40,000 nucleotides of DNA. Source: Paludibacteraceae bacterium. Lineage in GTDB: Bacteria > Bacteroidota > Bacteroidia > Bacteroidales > Paludibacteraceae. Of the stretch, positions 30,793 through 40,000 are shown in pieces. The DNA lies in contig JAKSNF010000015.1 in the NCBI GenBank assembly GCA_024400115.1, positions 13,158 through 53,157 on the forward strand, read 5' to 3'. The translations under genes and the position numbers were made by a program. The notes beneath the pieces were generated by a model. That model made no database searches and was not told where the DNA came from. It saw only the letters and a list, made by a program, of their open reading frames with translations. The stretch's first letter is position 1; each line of letters starts with the position of its first letter.

Positions 30793-31923
30793 ATGTTTTT
30801 TGATTTATTAAAAACCGATACGAATAGTCAAGCCCGAGCCGGTGTTATCCACACTGACCATGGCGATATACTCACCCCTATCTTTATGCCGGTAGGTACC
30901 GTTGGTACCGTCAAGGGCGTTCATAAACGCGACCTCAATGAGGATATACATGCCCAAATCATCTTAGGCAACACCTATCACCTCTACCTCCGTCCCGGAA
31001 CGGCTATCCTTCACCAAGCCGGAGGTCTGCATAAGTTCGAGGGTTGGACTAAACCTATCCTTACCGACTCGGGTGGTTACCAAGTCTTTTCGCTGACCGA
31101 CATTCGTAAAATGACCGAAGACGGAGTACAGTTCTCGTCGCACATAGACGGGCGCAAGCTTATGTTCACTCCCGAATCGGTTATGGACATCGAACGTGAG
31201 ATAGGTGCCGATATAATGATGGCTTTTGACGAATGCTGCCCCGGTACAGCAGATAAGACTTATGCGAAGAATTCGATGGACCGAACCCATCGTTGGCTCG
31301 ACCGTTGTATTGCCCGTTTTGATTCGACTTCAGACCTCTACGGTTATCACCAACACCTCTTTCCTATCGTGCAAGGTTGTACCTATCCCGATTTGAGACA
31401 GGACGCCGCCAAGCGTTTGCGCGACCTTGATAGAGATGGTTATGCTATCGGCGGTTTGGCAGTGGGCGAACCCGCGGAGGTGATGTACGAGATGATAGAG
31501 GTGGTTAATGATATACTCCCCACGACCAAACCTCGTTACCTCATGGGCGTTGGTACCCCTTGGAATATACTCGAAGGTATCGAACGTGGCGTAGATATGT
31601 TCGACTGCGTGATGCCCACGCGTAATGGTCGTAACGGTCAGATCTTCACGCGCAACGGTGTTATGAACATGCGCAATAAGAAATGGGAGAACGACTTTAC
31701 GGAACTCGATCCGGAGGGCACCTCGTATGTTGACCATGAGTACTCACGCGCTTATGTGCGTCACCTTATCCACGCAGAAGAGATGCTCGGATTAGAGATA
31801 CTTTCCATACACAACCTCTCTTTCTATCTTTGGCTTGTTGGACAAGCAAGAGAACATATCCTTGCCGGTGACTTCAAGGCATGGAAGGACGAAATGATTC
31901 CACGTCTTATGACCCGCCTCTAA
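30793..31923 (+). CDS. tgt: tRNA-guanine transglycosylase (queuine tRNA-ribosyltransferase)
   Basis: 376-aa ORF with ARAGVIHTDHGDILTPIFMPVGT, LTDSGGYQVFS, MAFDEC, GGLAVGE and MGVGTP. Confidence 0.93.
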   Translation: MFFDLLKTDTNSQARAGVIHTDHGDILTPIFMPVGTVGTVKGVHKRDLNEDIHAQIILGNTYHLYLRPGTAILHQAGGLHKFEGWTKPILTDSGGYQVFSLTDIRKMTEDGVQFSSHIDGRKLMFTPESVMDIEREIGADIMMAFDECCPGTADKTYAKNSMDRTHRWLDRCIARFDSTSDLYGYHQHLFPIVQGCTYPDLRQDAAKRLRDLDRDGYAIGGLAVGEPAEVMYEMIEVVNDILPTTKPRYLMGVGTPWNILEGIERGVDMFDCVMPTRNGRNGQIFTRNGVMNMRNKKWENDFTELDPEGTSYVDHEYSRAYVRHLIHAEEMLGLEILSIHNLSFYLWLVGQAREHILAGDFKAWKDEMIPRLMTRL

Positions 31924-31930
31924 CTAACCC

Positions 31931-31972
31931 CAGACATTAAACACTAGACACCAAACACCAGACACTAAACAT
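31931..31972. repeat. Heptamer tract CAGACAT TAAACAC TAGACAC CAAACAC CAGACAC TAAACAT
   Basis: Six units, 42 bp. It fills the tgt / lptF-G spacer and ends 3 nt before the ATG at 31975. Confidence 0.95.
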
Positions 31973-31974
31973 CA

Positions 31975-33057
31975 ATGAAGCTTTTCACTCGGCTTGACCG
32001 CTATATTATCTTTAAGTTCTTGGGCACTTTCTTTTTCTCGATAGTGCTTATCCTTAGTATTGCGGTGGTGTTTGATGTGACAGAGAAAATGGACGACTTC
32101 TTTGAGCACCAAGTTCCGCTCCGTGAGATAGTGGTGGATTATTACTTCAATTTCTTCCCCTACTACCTTAATATGTTCAGTTCGCTGTTCATCTTTATTT
32201 CGGTTATCTTCTTTACCTCTAAATTGGCTGGCAATAGTGAGATTATCGCAATGCTCTCTACCGGAATGAGTTATCAGCGACTGATGTGGCCCTATTTCCT
32301 TTCTGCCCTCTTTTTGTGCCTTATGACCTTTTGGTTAGGTGGATATGTTATTCCTAAGGCATCGGGTAAGATGCTTGCTTTTGAGGATAAGTACATCAAT
32401 CAGTTTACTACAGAGCACGCTCGTAATATCCAGATGCAAGTCGAACCCGGGACGGTGTTGTATATGGAGTCCTTCCAATTGCGTACCGGTGTAGGTTATC
32501 GCGTTTCGCTGGAGCATTTTGACGGTAAGATGCTGACGTCCCGTACCACAGCCGATCGTATTCGCCATGATTCGGCTTATAACTGGCACATGGAGAACTA
32601 TGTAGAGCGCAGTTTTGTGGGAATGCGAGAAAACATGGAGAAGGGGTATCGTAAAGACGTGGTTATCCCCATTGAACCGAAAGAACTATTTATCACTGCC
32701 GAAGAGGCGCAACGGATGACCAATCCCGAATTGCGCGAGTTCATGGCTAAACAATCCGCTCGCGGAGCAGGAAACATAGAAGCCTTCAAAACCGAGTGGT
32801 ATAAACGCTGGGCTTCGGCTTTGGGTGCGTTTATAGTCACGCTATTGGGCGTTACTATGTCCTCAAAGAAAGTGAGAGGGGGTATGGGTAAGAATCTCGG
32901 TTTAGGTATTGTGCTCACGGCGCTGTATATCCTTTTCTCTACCGTTTCCACCACTTTCTCCGTTACGGGCGTTATGTCACCCTTCATGGCAGCGTGGTTA
33001 CCTAATTTCGTCTTCTTGGCAATCGGAATAGTGCTCTATATACGCGTGCGCCGCTAA
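31975..33057 (+). CDS. LptF/LptG-family (YjgP/YjgQ) LPS export permease
   Basis: 360-aa ORF. It has the N-terminus LDRYIIFKFLGTFFFSIVLI, three N-terminal TM segments, a periplasmic insert, and three C-terminal TM segments. Confidence 0.85.
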   Translation: MKLFTRLDRYIIFKFLGTFFFSIVLILSIAVVFDVTEKMDDFFEHQVPLREIVVDYYFNFFPYYLNMFSSLFIFISVIFFTSKLAGNSEIIAMLSTGMSYQRLMWPYFLSALFLCLMTFWLGGYVIPKASGKMLAFEDKYINQFTTEHARNIQMQVEPGTVLYMESFQLRTGVGYRVSLEHFDGKMLTSRTTADRIRHDSAYNWHMENYVERSFVGMRENMEKGYRKDVVIPIEPKELFITAEEAQRMTNPELREFMAKQSARGAGNIEAFKTEWYKRWASALGAFIVTLLGVTMSSKKVRGGMGKNLGLGIVLTALYILFSTVSTTFSVTGVMSPFMAAWLPNFVFLAIGIVLYIRVRR

Positions 33058-33065
33058 TTAGAGTA

Positions 33066-35144
33066 TCATAGCGGATCTACATCCATCAGTATTTGTATTG
33101 CTTTGAGATTGGGCAGACTATGAATATAGTCTATTTGTTTTTGTAGTAATGTCTTGGCTTTACTGAACGAAGCGGAGGCTTCTATCCGCAAACGTATATT
33201 CCTTATATATAAATTATTTATACGCTGAATAGCCGGCAAGAGCACTATCGAGCAACGCTCCCCAAAACTCTGTGCCATCAACTGTTGCAGCAAATAGGCG
33301 GCACTCTCCACTTTGGCGCTATCACTATGTCGGAGTGTGACTTCGATAAGACGATAGAAAGGAGGATACTTGAAGGTCTTGCGCTCTTTTATTTCGTTGG
33401 CATAAAGACCTGTATAATCATGGTTCTTGACAAACTCATACACCTCGTTCTTAGGGTCGAACGATTGGATATACACTTGTCCTTCCGTGCCTTTACGTCC
33501 GGCGCGTCCTGCCACTTGTTCCAATAACTGATACGCCCTTTCGGTAGAGCGGAAATCAGGTTGTGCCACAATCTGGTCGGCATTGAGAACAGCCACCAAA
33601 GACACATCGTCGAAATGTAGTCCCTTGGTTACCATCTGGGTACCAATCAGTATATCTACTTCGTGACGCGCGAAGGAGTCAATGATCGTCTGATAATCGT
33701 CCTTGCGACGGGTGGTGTCTAAGTCCATCCGAATTACGCGTGCCTGAGGAAAAAGTTTGTGTACCTCTTCTTCGATACGCTCTGTACCAAAACCGTGTGT
33801 CTTCATTTCTCCCCCACACTCGGGACAAACGGTAGGAAGCGGAATAGTGTGCCCGCAGTAGTGACAAACGAGTTGGTGGGTGTTGAGGTGAACGGTCAAA
33901 CTCACATCGCAGTTGGGACAACGAGGCGGTTGACCACATTGTGTGCATTGTACAAAGGGTGCATAACCACGTCGGTTCTGAAAGAGAATAATCTGCTTAC
34001 CCTTACTTAACTCTTCTTTTATGCGTGTGACCAACGGGTCGGAGAAGTGTTCGTACATCTCCTTGCGATGATACTGCCGTTGAAGGTCAATGAGTTCAAT
34101 CGTGGGCAAGGCTAATCCTGCATAACGCTCCGTCAAGTTCACTAAACCGTATTTGCCGGCTAAGGCATTATGATAGGTCTCTACCGAAGGGGTAGCAGTA
34201 CCTAAGAGCACTTTGGCTTTTTGCTGAGCGGCAGCCATGATAGCTACTGAACGAGCATGATAACGCGGAGCCGGGTCTTGCTGTTTGTACGAAGGCTCAT
34301 GCTCCTCATCTACAATAATCAAACCTAAATTATTTAGGGGCAAGAAAATAGCGGAGCGCGCTCCGACAATTAAATGACCGCTGTCGCTGTAAGACAATAA
34401 TCTTCGGTAGATTTCGACCCGTTGTGCATCTGTGATACGCGAGTGATAGACATAGAGACTATCGCCAAAGTGAGCAGCGAGACGTTCGGTTAGTTGGGTA
34501 GTGAGGGCAATCTCGGGTACGAGATAAAGGACGTTCTTGCCTGCGGCTAAGGTCTGTTCAATGAGGTGCATATAGACCTCCGTCTTACCCGACGAGGTCA
34601 CTCCGTGAAGTAACACCACATCTTTGCTTTGCCACTGCTCTTGTATTGTAAATAAAGACCGTTGCTGCGCAACTGTAAGACCGGGCAAAGCCCTGTAAGA
34701 CCGTCCTTGTAGGACTGAAAGATTCGCTAATGCCCCTTCGGCTGAAGGGTACGTGGGGATTTTGACTCTCCGTTTCTTTTCGGGATCAAAGGAGTAGGTC
34801 TTGTCCATGGCTTTGACAGGTAAGGCTGCGGCAAGCACATCACCGATGGGGCACATATAATAGTCGGATATCCATCGCCATAGTTTGAGTTGGTTTTCCG
34901 TCACCATCGGTTCCTTATCTAAGACACATATAATCTCCCTCAACTTAATCTCGCCTGTCGCCTGTTGCCTGTCGCCAGTCGCCACTATCCCCACTACCTC
35001 TTTCTTCCCTAACGGCACTATAACACGAGTGCCCGGTTGGGGGCACTGTATGCTGTCGGGGACGAGATAGGTGTATGTGTCCGCGATGGCTAAGGGTAAT
35101 ATAACCTCAATTCTCTGCGGCAAGGGCTTTAGCGTAACATGCAC
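33066..35144 (-). CDS. priA: Primosomal protein N' (replication restart helicase)
   Basis: 692-aa ORF with Walker [18 protein letters not shown], a Cys-rich zinc region ([20 protein letters not shown]...CHYCG...CPECG) and GTQMVTKG. The start is uncertain: GTG at 35144 or TTG at 35123. It overlaps the tdk stop. Confidence 0.9.
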   Translation of the reverse strand: MHVTLKPLPQRIEVILPLAIADTYTYLVPDSIQCPQPGTRVIVPLGKKEVVGIVATGDRQQATGEIKLREIICVLDKEPMVTENQLKLWRWISDYYMCPIGDVLAAALPVKAMDKTYSFDPEKKRRVKIPTYPSAEGALANLSVLQGRSYRALPGLTVAQQRSLFTIQEQWQSKDVVLLHGVTSSGKTEVYMHLIEQTLAAGKNVLYLVPEIALTTQLTERLAAHFGDSLYVYHSRITDAQRVEIYRRLLSYSDSGHLIVGARSAIFLPLNNLGLIIVDEEHEPSYKQQDPAPRYHARSVAIMAAAQQKAKVLLGTATPSVETYHNALAGKYGLVNLTERYAGLALPTIELIDLQRQYHRKEMYEHFSDPLVTRIKEELSKGKQIILFQNRRGYAPFVQCTQCGQPPRCPNCDVSLTVHLNTHQLVCHYCGHTIPLPTVCPECGGEMKTHGFGTERIEEEVHKLFPQARVIRMDLDTTRRKDDYQTIIDSFARHEVDILIGTQMVTKGLHFDDVSLVAVLNADQIVAQPDFRSTERAYQLLEQVAGRAGRKGTEGQVYIQSFDPKNEVYEFVKNHDYTGLYANEIKERKTFKYPPFYRLIEVTLRHSDSAKVESAAYLLQQLMAQSFGERCSIVLLPAIQRINNLYIRNIRLRIEASASFSKAKTLLQKQIDYIHSLPNLKAIQILMDVDPL
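34951..34985. repeat. Heptamer tract TCGCCTG x2 TTGCCTG TCGCCAG TCGCCAC (reverse complement of the GGCGACA family), inside priA
   Basis: Five units. Translated on the minus strand as [12 protein letters not shown]. Confidence 0.9.
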
Positions 35145-35694
35145 GGCAGAGGGGTTCGTAACTCTCCGTCTCGCCTAATAGAACGCGCTTCTCCGAACTA
35201 ACCAAACGGTGACTAACGTATGCCAAATCACCGCAATGAACGCAGATAGCGTGGGTCTTATACACATCTTCGGCAATAGCCAAAAGGGCAGGCATAGGAC
35301 CAAAAGGAACGCCCTTATAGTCCATGTCCAAACCGGCTACAATAACGCGAATACCGCGATTGGCGAGTTGTTGGCAAACATCAACAATACCCATGTCGAA
35401 GAACTGTGCCTCGTCAATACCGACTACATCAATGCCTTCGGCAAGGAGGAGGATGTTTTGACTGCTATCCACGGGGGTGGATTGAATCACGTTATGGTCG
35501 TGACTCACCACATCCTCGTCCGAATAACGGGTGTCGATAGCGGGCTTAAAGATCTCCACTTTCTGTTTGGCGAACTTAGCGCGTTTCATACGACGAATCA
35601 ACTCTTCCGTTTTGCCGGAGAACATCGAACCGCAAACTACTTCAATACTTCCCTTCCTGCGGATGGGACCTTGTGTGTCTCTTTCACTGAACAT
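35107..35694 (-). CDS. tdk: Thymidine kinase
   Basis: 195-aa ORF with [22 protein letters not shown], and the zinc site C..C...CRAC at the C-terminus. Confidence 0.92.
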   Translation of the reverse strand: MFSERDTQGPIRRKGSIEVVCGSMFSGKTEELIRRMKRAKFAKQKVEIFKPAIDTRYSDEDVVSHDHNVIQSTPVDSSQNILLLAEGIDVVGIDEAQFFDMGIVDVCQQLANRGIRVIVAGLDMDYKGVPFGPMPALLAIAEDVYKTHAICVHCGDLAYVSHRLVSSEKRVLLGETESYEPLCRACYAKALAAEN

Positions 35695-37450
35695 ATCTTA
35701 TATCTTTTACTCTCATCTCAATCGAGTGTACGCCATTGAAGACGTTCTCTTCCAACTCATATACCACATCTACCTTATTGCCGTTTTGTATATACAAGGC
35801 GGCATCACCCTTACCAAACGCTATGCCACTGATAGCGGCAGTACCGTCGGTCAAATCCAATTTAAGGTGCTCCCCCGTCTTACCGCAGCGTTTGGTATAG
35901 CGGTTATTGACCATGTTTCTGGTCACGAAGAGGGGACGCGGGTTTTCCGGACCAAACGGTTCTAAGCATTGCAGCACCTTAAAGAACTGCGGCGTTATAT
36001 CCTCAAGGGCTATCTCAGCCTCTATGTTTAAGGTTGGTTGCTGTTGCTCAGGCAGTATATGCTGCTTCACATAATCGTCAAAACGAACTTTGAATGCCTC
36101 TAAGTTCGCTTCCGGCAGGGTCAGTCCTGCCGCAAAGAGGTGACCGCCGAACGTTGTCAGTAAGTCCGAACAAGCGTCGATGGCCGAATATAAATCAAAG
36201 CCCTCTACCGACCTTGCCGAACCGGATATAAGACCGTCGCCTCCGCCGGTCAATACTATCGTGGGTCGGTAATAGGTCTCAATCAGTTTACTGGCGGCAA
36301 TACCGACTACGCCTTTGTGCCAGTTGGGGTTATAAACGACCGTTGTATGTTTATGTTCATTCTCGGGGTCTGCTGCCAATTGCTCCAAGGCTTCGGTAGT
36401 AATCGTGTCCTCCTTACCCTTGCGTTCTTGGTTATAGGCATCTACGGCTTGCGCTAAAGCGAAGGACTCTTCAGCATTCTCGCTAAGCAAGAGGTTCACC
36501 GCTTCTATGCCCGATTTCATTCTGCCACAAGCGTTGATACGCGGTCCAATCTTAAACCCAAGGTCGGTAATGGTTATCGTCTGATTAGCCAGTCCCGCTA
36601 CATCTATAATCGCTTTCGGACCTATCTTCGGTCGCTCGTTGAGTTCTTTTAGGCCATAAGTAATCAGTATCCTATTCTCCCCCGTGATAGGCACTATATC
36701 CGACGCTATCGACATAGCGAGGTATTGTAGCAAAGACTGTAAGACCGCTTCGCTGCAGGATTGCTTCGCTGTAAGATATTTTAGGGTATAGGCGCAGCAT
36801 AGTTTATATCCTACTCCGCAGCCGGAGAGGTGTTTATAGGGATAATCGTCATCCTTGCGCTCCATATCGAGTACGGCTACCGCTGCGGGTAGTTCGTCTC
36901 CGGGGGTGTGGTGGTCGCAGATGATAAAATCGATACCCTTGCTCGTGGCGTACGCCACTTTATCTATCGCTTTGATTCCGCAATCAAGTGCAATAATGAG
37001 CGTGCACCCTATCTCTTTGGCGTAATCAATGCCCTTAAACGATATACCATATCCCTCCGTATAGCGGTCGGGGATGTAGTAGTTTAGAGTGGAGAGTTTA
37101 GAGTTTAGAGTGGAGAGTTTAGAGTTTATTAGGTCTTTGAGGAACGTAACCATCAATGTCACAGAGGTGGTGCCATCAACATCGTAGTCGCCATAAATGA
37201 GGATATGTTCGCCCGTCTCGATGGCGCGGTGCAATCGTTCCACGGCTTTGTCCATGTCCTTCATGAGGAATGGGTCGTGCAATTGGTTAAGGTTAGGACG
37301 GATATAAGCGCGAGCGTCATTAGCTGTCGTGAGACCTCTATCTACCAGCATTTGTGCCGATAGATTGGAGATATGCAGTTCTCCGGCTAACTGTTCGCAC
37401 AAGGCCTTCTCCGCCTCCGTCAGTTCCTTTATGTTCCAAACATTATCCAC
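35684..37450 (-). CDS. recJ: Single-stranded-DNA-specific exonuclease
   Basis: 588-aa ORF with DHH motifs ([22 protein letters not shown]) and DHHA1 (GGHLFAAG). It carries a 49-bp heptamer tract translated as [15 protein letters not shown]. Confidence 0.92.
   Translation of the reverse strand: MDNVWNIKELTEAEKALCEQLAGELHISNLSAQMLVDRGLTTANDARAYIRPNLNQLHDPFLMKDMDKAVERLHRAIETGEHILIYGDYDVDGTTSVTLMVTFLKDLINSKLSTLNSKLSTLNYYIPDRYTEGYGISFKGIDYAKEIGCTLIIALDCGIKAIDKVAYATSKGIDFIICDHHTPGDELPAAVAVLDMERKDDDYPYKHLSGCGVGYKLCCAYTLKYLTAKQSCSEAVLQSLLQYLAMSIASDIVPITGENRILITYGLKELNERPKIGPKAIIDVAGLANQTITITDLGFKIGPRINACGRMKSGIEAVNLLLSENAEESFALAQAVDAYNQERKGKEDTITTEALEQLAADPENEHKHTTVVYNPNWHKGVVGIAASKLIETYYRPTIVLTGGGDGLISGSARSVEGFDLYSAIDACSDLLTTFGGHLFAAGLTLPEANLEAFKVRFDDYVKQHILPEQQQPTLNIEAEIALEDITPQFFKVLQCLEPFGPENPRPLFVTRNMVNNRYTKRCGKTGEHLKLDLTDGTAAISGIAFGKGDAALYIQNGNKVDVVYELEENVFNGVHSIEMRVKDIRYVQ
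37082..37130. repeat. Heptamer tract (GTTTAGA GTGGAGA GTTTAGA) x2 + GTTTATT, inside recJ
   Basis: Seven units, 49 bp. Translated on the minus strand as [16 protein letters not shown]. It has a 21-bp super-period. Confidence 0.95.
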
Positions 37451-37891
37451 TTTCTCTTATTCTTGTTTCTTTTCTCTCCCGCTCACTCGCTTTGCTCGTT
37501 ATTACGCTATATTACGCTTCATCGCCTAATACCTCGCTTTATTTTCTATTTTACCGCCCTATCCTTCGGTAGGGCTCACGTCAATCAAGCCTTACAAGAT
37601 GTCATTGCTCTGCAAAGACAGGGTTGTTGCGGCTCGATTGCCTTATTACGCAAATGATAATAGATTTACTACTTTGTGCCGCAAGACGAATTCCATCTGC
37701 GAAATTGAGGAGGGCTGGCTTGCAAATTACATGAGGAACCAACCGGATTGCTCATCATTTTGCTAGCCTGACCGACGGGCAAAGCGTGTGCTTTAGCCAC
37801 GCGGAATAAAACAATTAAGCGCGGGTCGGGCGTTGGCGCGTAATTTGCGTAATAGCGAACCACTGTCCGCGAGCGGGAGACATAAAAACGC

Positions 37892-38650
37892 CTAATCTGC
37901 ATCGCGGTACAGGGGTAGTACTTCTCTAAAATGGTGTAACGCCTCTATATCAAAATCGGCTATCTTCGTTCCCTCTTCGTCATCGGCAAAATGCACCAAC
38001 GGCTTGAGGTGACTATCGTACGCCACCGAGTGGCCGTTATAGTGCAACCCTTTGTCGTCCTCTCCTATGGGATTGACCGCTGCTATGTAACATTGGTTCT
38101 CAATGGCTCTTGCCGGAACCAGTATATCCCAATAAGCAATACGGCACTGTGGCCAATTGGCACTAACGAGTAGGATGTCGTAGAGGTCGTTCTTGTCTTG
38201 TCTCAACCAAACAGGGAAACGCAAGTCGTAACAGATAGCCAGTCTAAAACGCACCCCCTTATATTCGACTATCGGTTTGGTGGTACCTGCCGTGAAGAAC
38301 GTGTTCTCGCCTCCATGAGCGTATAAGTGCCGCTTATCGACAAAGACCGCTTCTCCGCCGGGCTTAATAAAGAACCCTCTGTTATACAGCTTATCTCCCT
38401 CTTTGCAAATGAATGACCCCACAATCATGAGGTCACATTCATTGGCTGTTTGTTGAAGAGTGGTGATGGTTATGCCGTCAATCTCTTCGGCTAAATCGGG
38501 GCGGTTGGTTGCAAATCCGGTAGTGAACATCTCAGGCAAGACAGCCACATCGGCTTGACCTTTGATTTCGTGCAGTCGAGACACGGTGGTTTGTAGATTA
38601 GCCACCGTGTCTGCCCACACAATCGGATATTGCAATAACGCTACTCTCAC
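37892..38650 (-). CDS. Carbon-nitrogen hydrolase (nitrilase superfamily, omega-amidase/YafV-like)
   Basis: 252-aa ORF. The Glu-Lys-Cys triad contexts are [15 protein letters not shown] and [10 protein letters not shown]. Confidence 0.85.
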   Translation of the reverse strand: MRVALLQYPIVWADTVANLQTTVSRLHEIKGQADVAVLPEMFTTGFATNRPDLAEEIDGITITTLQQTANECDLMIVGSFICKEGDKLYNRGFFIKPGGEAVFVDKRHLYAHGGENTFFTAGTTKPIVEYKGVRFRLAICYDLRFPVWLRQDKNDLYDILLVSANWPQCRIAYWDILVPARAIENQCYIAAVNPIGEDDKGLHYNGHSVAYDSHLKPLVHFADDEEGTKIADFDIEALHHFREVLPLYRDAD

Positions 38651-39627
38651 TTCTTCGCCTTCGTGTCTTTACCGCCAATGGTCTCACGCATGGCCGTATC
38701 GGCTTGGATATTCTGCATGCGGTAGTAGTCCATGATGCCAAGATTACCATTACGGAAGGCTTCTGCCATAGCTTGCGGAACGAGAGCCTCTGCCTCAATC
38801 ACCTTAGCGCGTGCTTCTTGTGCTTTGGCTTTCATCTCTTGCTCATTGGCAATAGCCATAGCGCGACGCTCCTCGGCTTTCGCTTGAGCGATGTTCTTAT
38901 CGGCTTCGGCTTGGTCCATCTGCAACTGAGCACCGATGTTCTTACCTACATCAATATCAGCAATATCAATAGACAGAATCTCAAATGCCGTACCCGAATC
39001 AAGACCCTTATTAAGCACTAACTTAGAGATACTATCGGGGTTCTCCAGTACTTCCTTATGGCTCTCTGCCGAACCAATCGAACTAACGATACCTTCACCT
39101 ACACGAGCCAGAACGGTGTCCTCTCCGGCACCACCAACCAGTTGTTTGATGTTGGCACGAACGGTAACACGAGCCTTAGCCACTAACTGAATACCATCTT
39201 TAGCCACTGCCGAAACGGGAGGAGTGTCAATCACTTTCGGATTAACCGACATCTGTACGGCTTCAAACACATCACGACCGGCAAGGTCTATAGCCGTTGC
39301 CATTTGGAAGGTGATATCAATGCTGGCTTTGCTGGCACTAACCAAAGCGTGTACTACGCGCTGGATATTACCACCGGCAAGATAGTGTGCCTCTAATCCA
39401 TCACGCTTAACATCTGTCAAACCTGCCTTGTGAGCCTCAATCAGACAGTTAACAATCTGTGTGGGGGGCACTTTACGAATACGCATTAAAAACAACTGTA
39501 CCAACGAGATGCGAACACCACTCACTTGAGCGTTAATCCACAACATAAAGGGTACATAATAAAGGAACACAATCAGCAAGATCGCAGCAATAGCAATCAG
39601 TGCCATCTGGAATAAAGTAAGATCCAT
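38647..39627 (-). CDS. floA: Flotillin-like protein FloA (SPFH domain, YqfA/UPF0365)
   Basis: 326-aa ORF with an N-terminal TM segment, then [26 protein letters not shown] and an Ala/Glu-rich coiled C-terminus. A 4-nt overlap links it to the downstream hydrolase gene. Confidence 0.85.
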   Translation of the reverse strand: MDLTLFQMALIAIAAILLIVFLYYVPFMLWINAQVSGVRISLVQLFLMRIRKVPPTQIVNCLIEAHKAGLTDVKRDGLEAHYLAGGNIQRVVHALVSASKASIDITFQMATAIDLAGRDVFEAVQMSVNPKVIDTPPVSAVAKDGIQLVAKARVTVRANIKQLVGGAGEDTVLARVGEGIVSSIGSAESHKEVLENPDSISKLVLNKGLDSGTAFEILSIDIADIDVGKNIGAQLQMDQAEADKNIAQAKAEERRAMAIANEQEMKAKAQEARAKVIEAEALVPQAMAEAFRNGNLGIMDYYRMQNIQADTAMRETIGGKDTKAKK

Positions 39628-39664
39628 AATTGTAAATGTTTAAATGGTTAATGAATAAAGTTAG

Positions 39665-40000
39665 TTATTTTTTTTCATCCTCATTTTGTTTGAGGTCGTT
39701 GATTTTCTTTCCCGGGTCGGCAAGACCAACCTTAGAGTCAATCTGGGTGTCCAAACCCATTTTCTCAACTACGCGTGACTTAAAGAACGCGTACGTTGCC
39801 AAGATGGACAGAACCAGTACGGCTCCTAAAGTGATGTGACCCGCCAAAGCACTAATGTACTTATAGGCTACTACTACGGATGCTATCAGCATACCAAAAC
39901 CAAACAGTCCGGCTACTCCAAAACCGGGGAGAAGGAATAGTTCAGCAACCAAAAGTCCTACTCCAAATACTACTAAAAGAATAACAATAAAGAGGTTCAT
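39665..40000 (-). CDS. NfeD-like small membrane protein (may extend beyond the window edge)
   Basis: The ORF reaches the window end. Hydrophobic helices (LLPGFGVAGLFGFGMLIASVVVAY) lie directly upstream of floA, the usual nfeD/floA pairing. An ATG sits exactly at 40000-39998, but the true start cannot be verified. Confidence 0.45.
   Translation of the reverse strand: MNLFIVILLVVFGVGLLVAELFLLPGFGVAGLFGFGMLIASVVVAYKYISALAGHITLGAVLVLSILATYAFFKSRVVEKMGLDTQIDSKVGLADPGKKINDLKQNEDEKK

Noticed and set aside
322-37130. The heptamer tracts considered as a CRISPR array or as classical phase-variation microsatellites.
   Set aside because: They are not CRISPR: the units are 7 bp and contiguous, with no spacers and no cas genes. 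They are not a classical contingency locus either. They occur at about 20 sites, mostly in housekeeping genes, with imperfect stop-avoiding units rather than one long perfect array at a 5' end.
37669-37902. A 77-aa minus-strand ORF, and the idea that this interval encodes tmRNA or RNase P RNA.
   Set aside because: The ORF is Arg/Pro-rich, has no promoter, and overlaps the hydrolase stop. A reading resembling ANYA caught my eye as a tmRNA tag. However, there is no tag ending in ALAA plus stop, no GGTTCGAnTCC T-arm and no CCA-proximal acceptor. There is also no GAGGAAAGTCC RNase P core. The region is kept only as an unexplained interval.

Overview
This window reads as a Bacteroidota (Bacteroidales-like) chromosomal segment with about 34 genes, tightly packed into operons. 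Ten intergenic regions carry the Bacteroidetes promoter consensus TTTG-(19/20 nt)-TAnnTTTG. From left to right:
- A SusC/SusD polysaccharide-utilisation locus with a GH144-like (endo-beta-1,2-glucanase family) lipoprotein and a GH3 beta-glucosidase fused to an aldose 1-epimerase.
- A gtrA / S24-S26-like peptidase / MATE operon, then rsmA-corA.
- A nadA / FGE-domain / sufS / EEP-nuclease operon.
- An NlpC/P60 / COG0523 GTPase operon.
- An AT-richer accessory segment of about 4.5 kb (about 20.1-24.65 kb). It holds a BspA-type LRR surface protein, a DUF2971-like orphan, a small-antitoxin/GNAT-toxin pair and an orphan micro-ORF.
- nadB, a small membrane protein, and a His-rich protein plus TonB-dependent receptor.
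- A PTPS/QueD-like protein with a zinc ribbon, then panD-tgt-lptF/G.
- recJ-tdk-priA, then C-N hydrolase / floA / nfeD-like.

No rRNA, tRNA, CRISPR array, integrase or transposase was recognised.

The most unusual signal is not a gene. About 20 short tracts (21-49 bp) of 7-bp-period repeats are scattered through housekeeping genes, where they are translated in frame, and through intercistronic spacers. They belong to a few recurring unit families. Unit variants fall exactly where the canonical unit would create an in-frame stop. A composite version built around AGCCGTCTAG occurs three times at stop/start junctions.

Other leads are a promoter-plus-terminator orphan unit (candidate sRNA), a repeat-bearing panD leader, a promoter/leader block shared by two unrelated operons, and a possible metal-starvation gene set.
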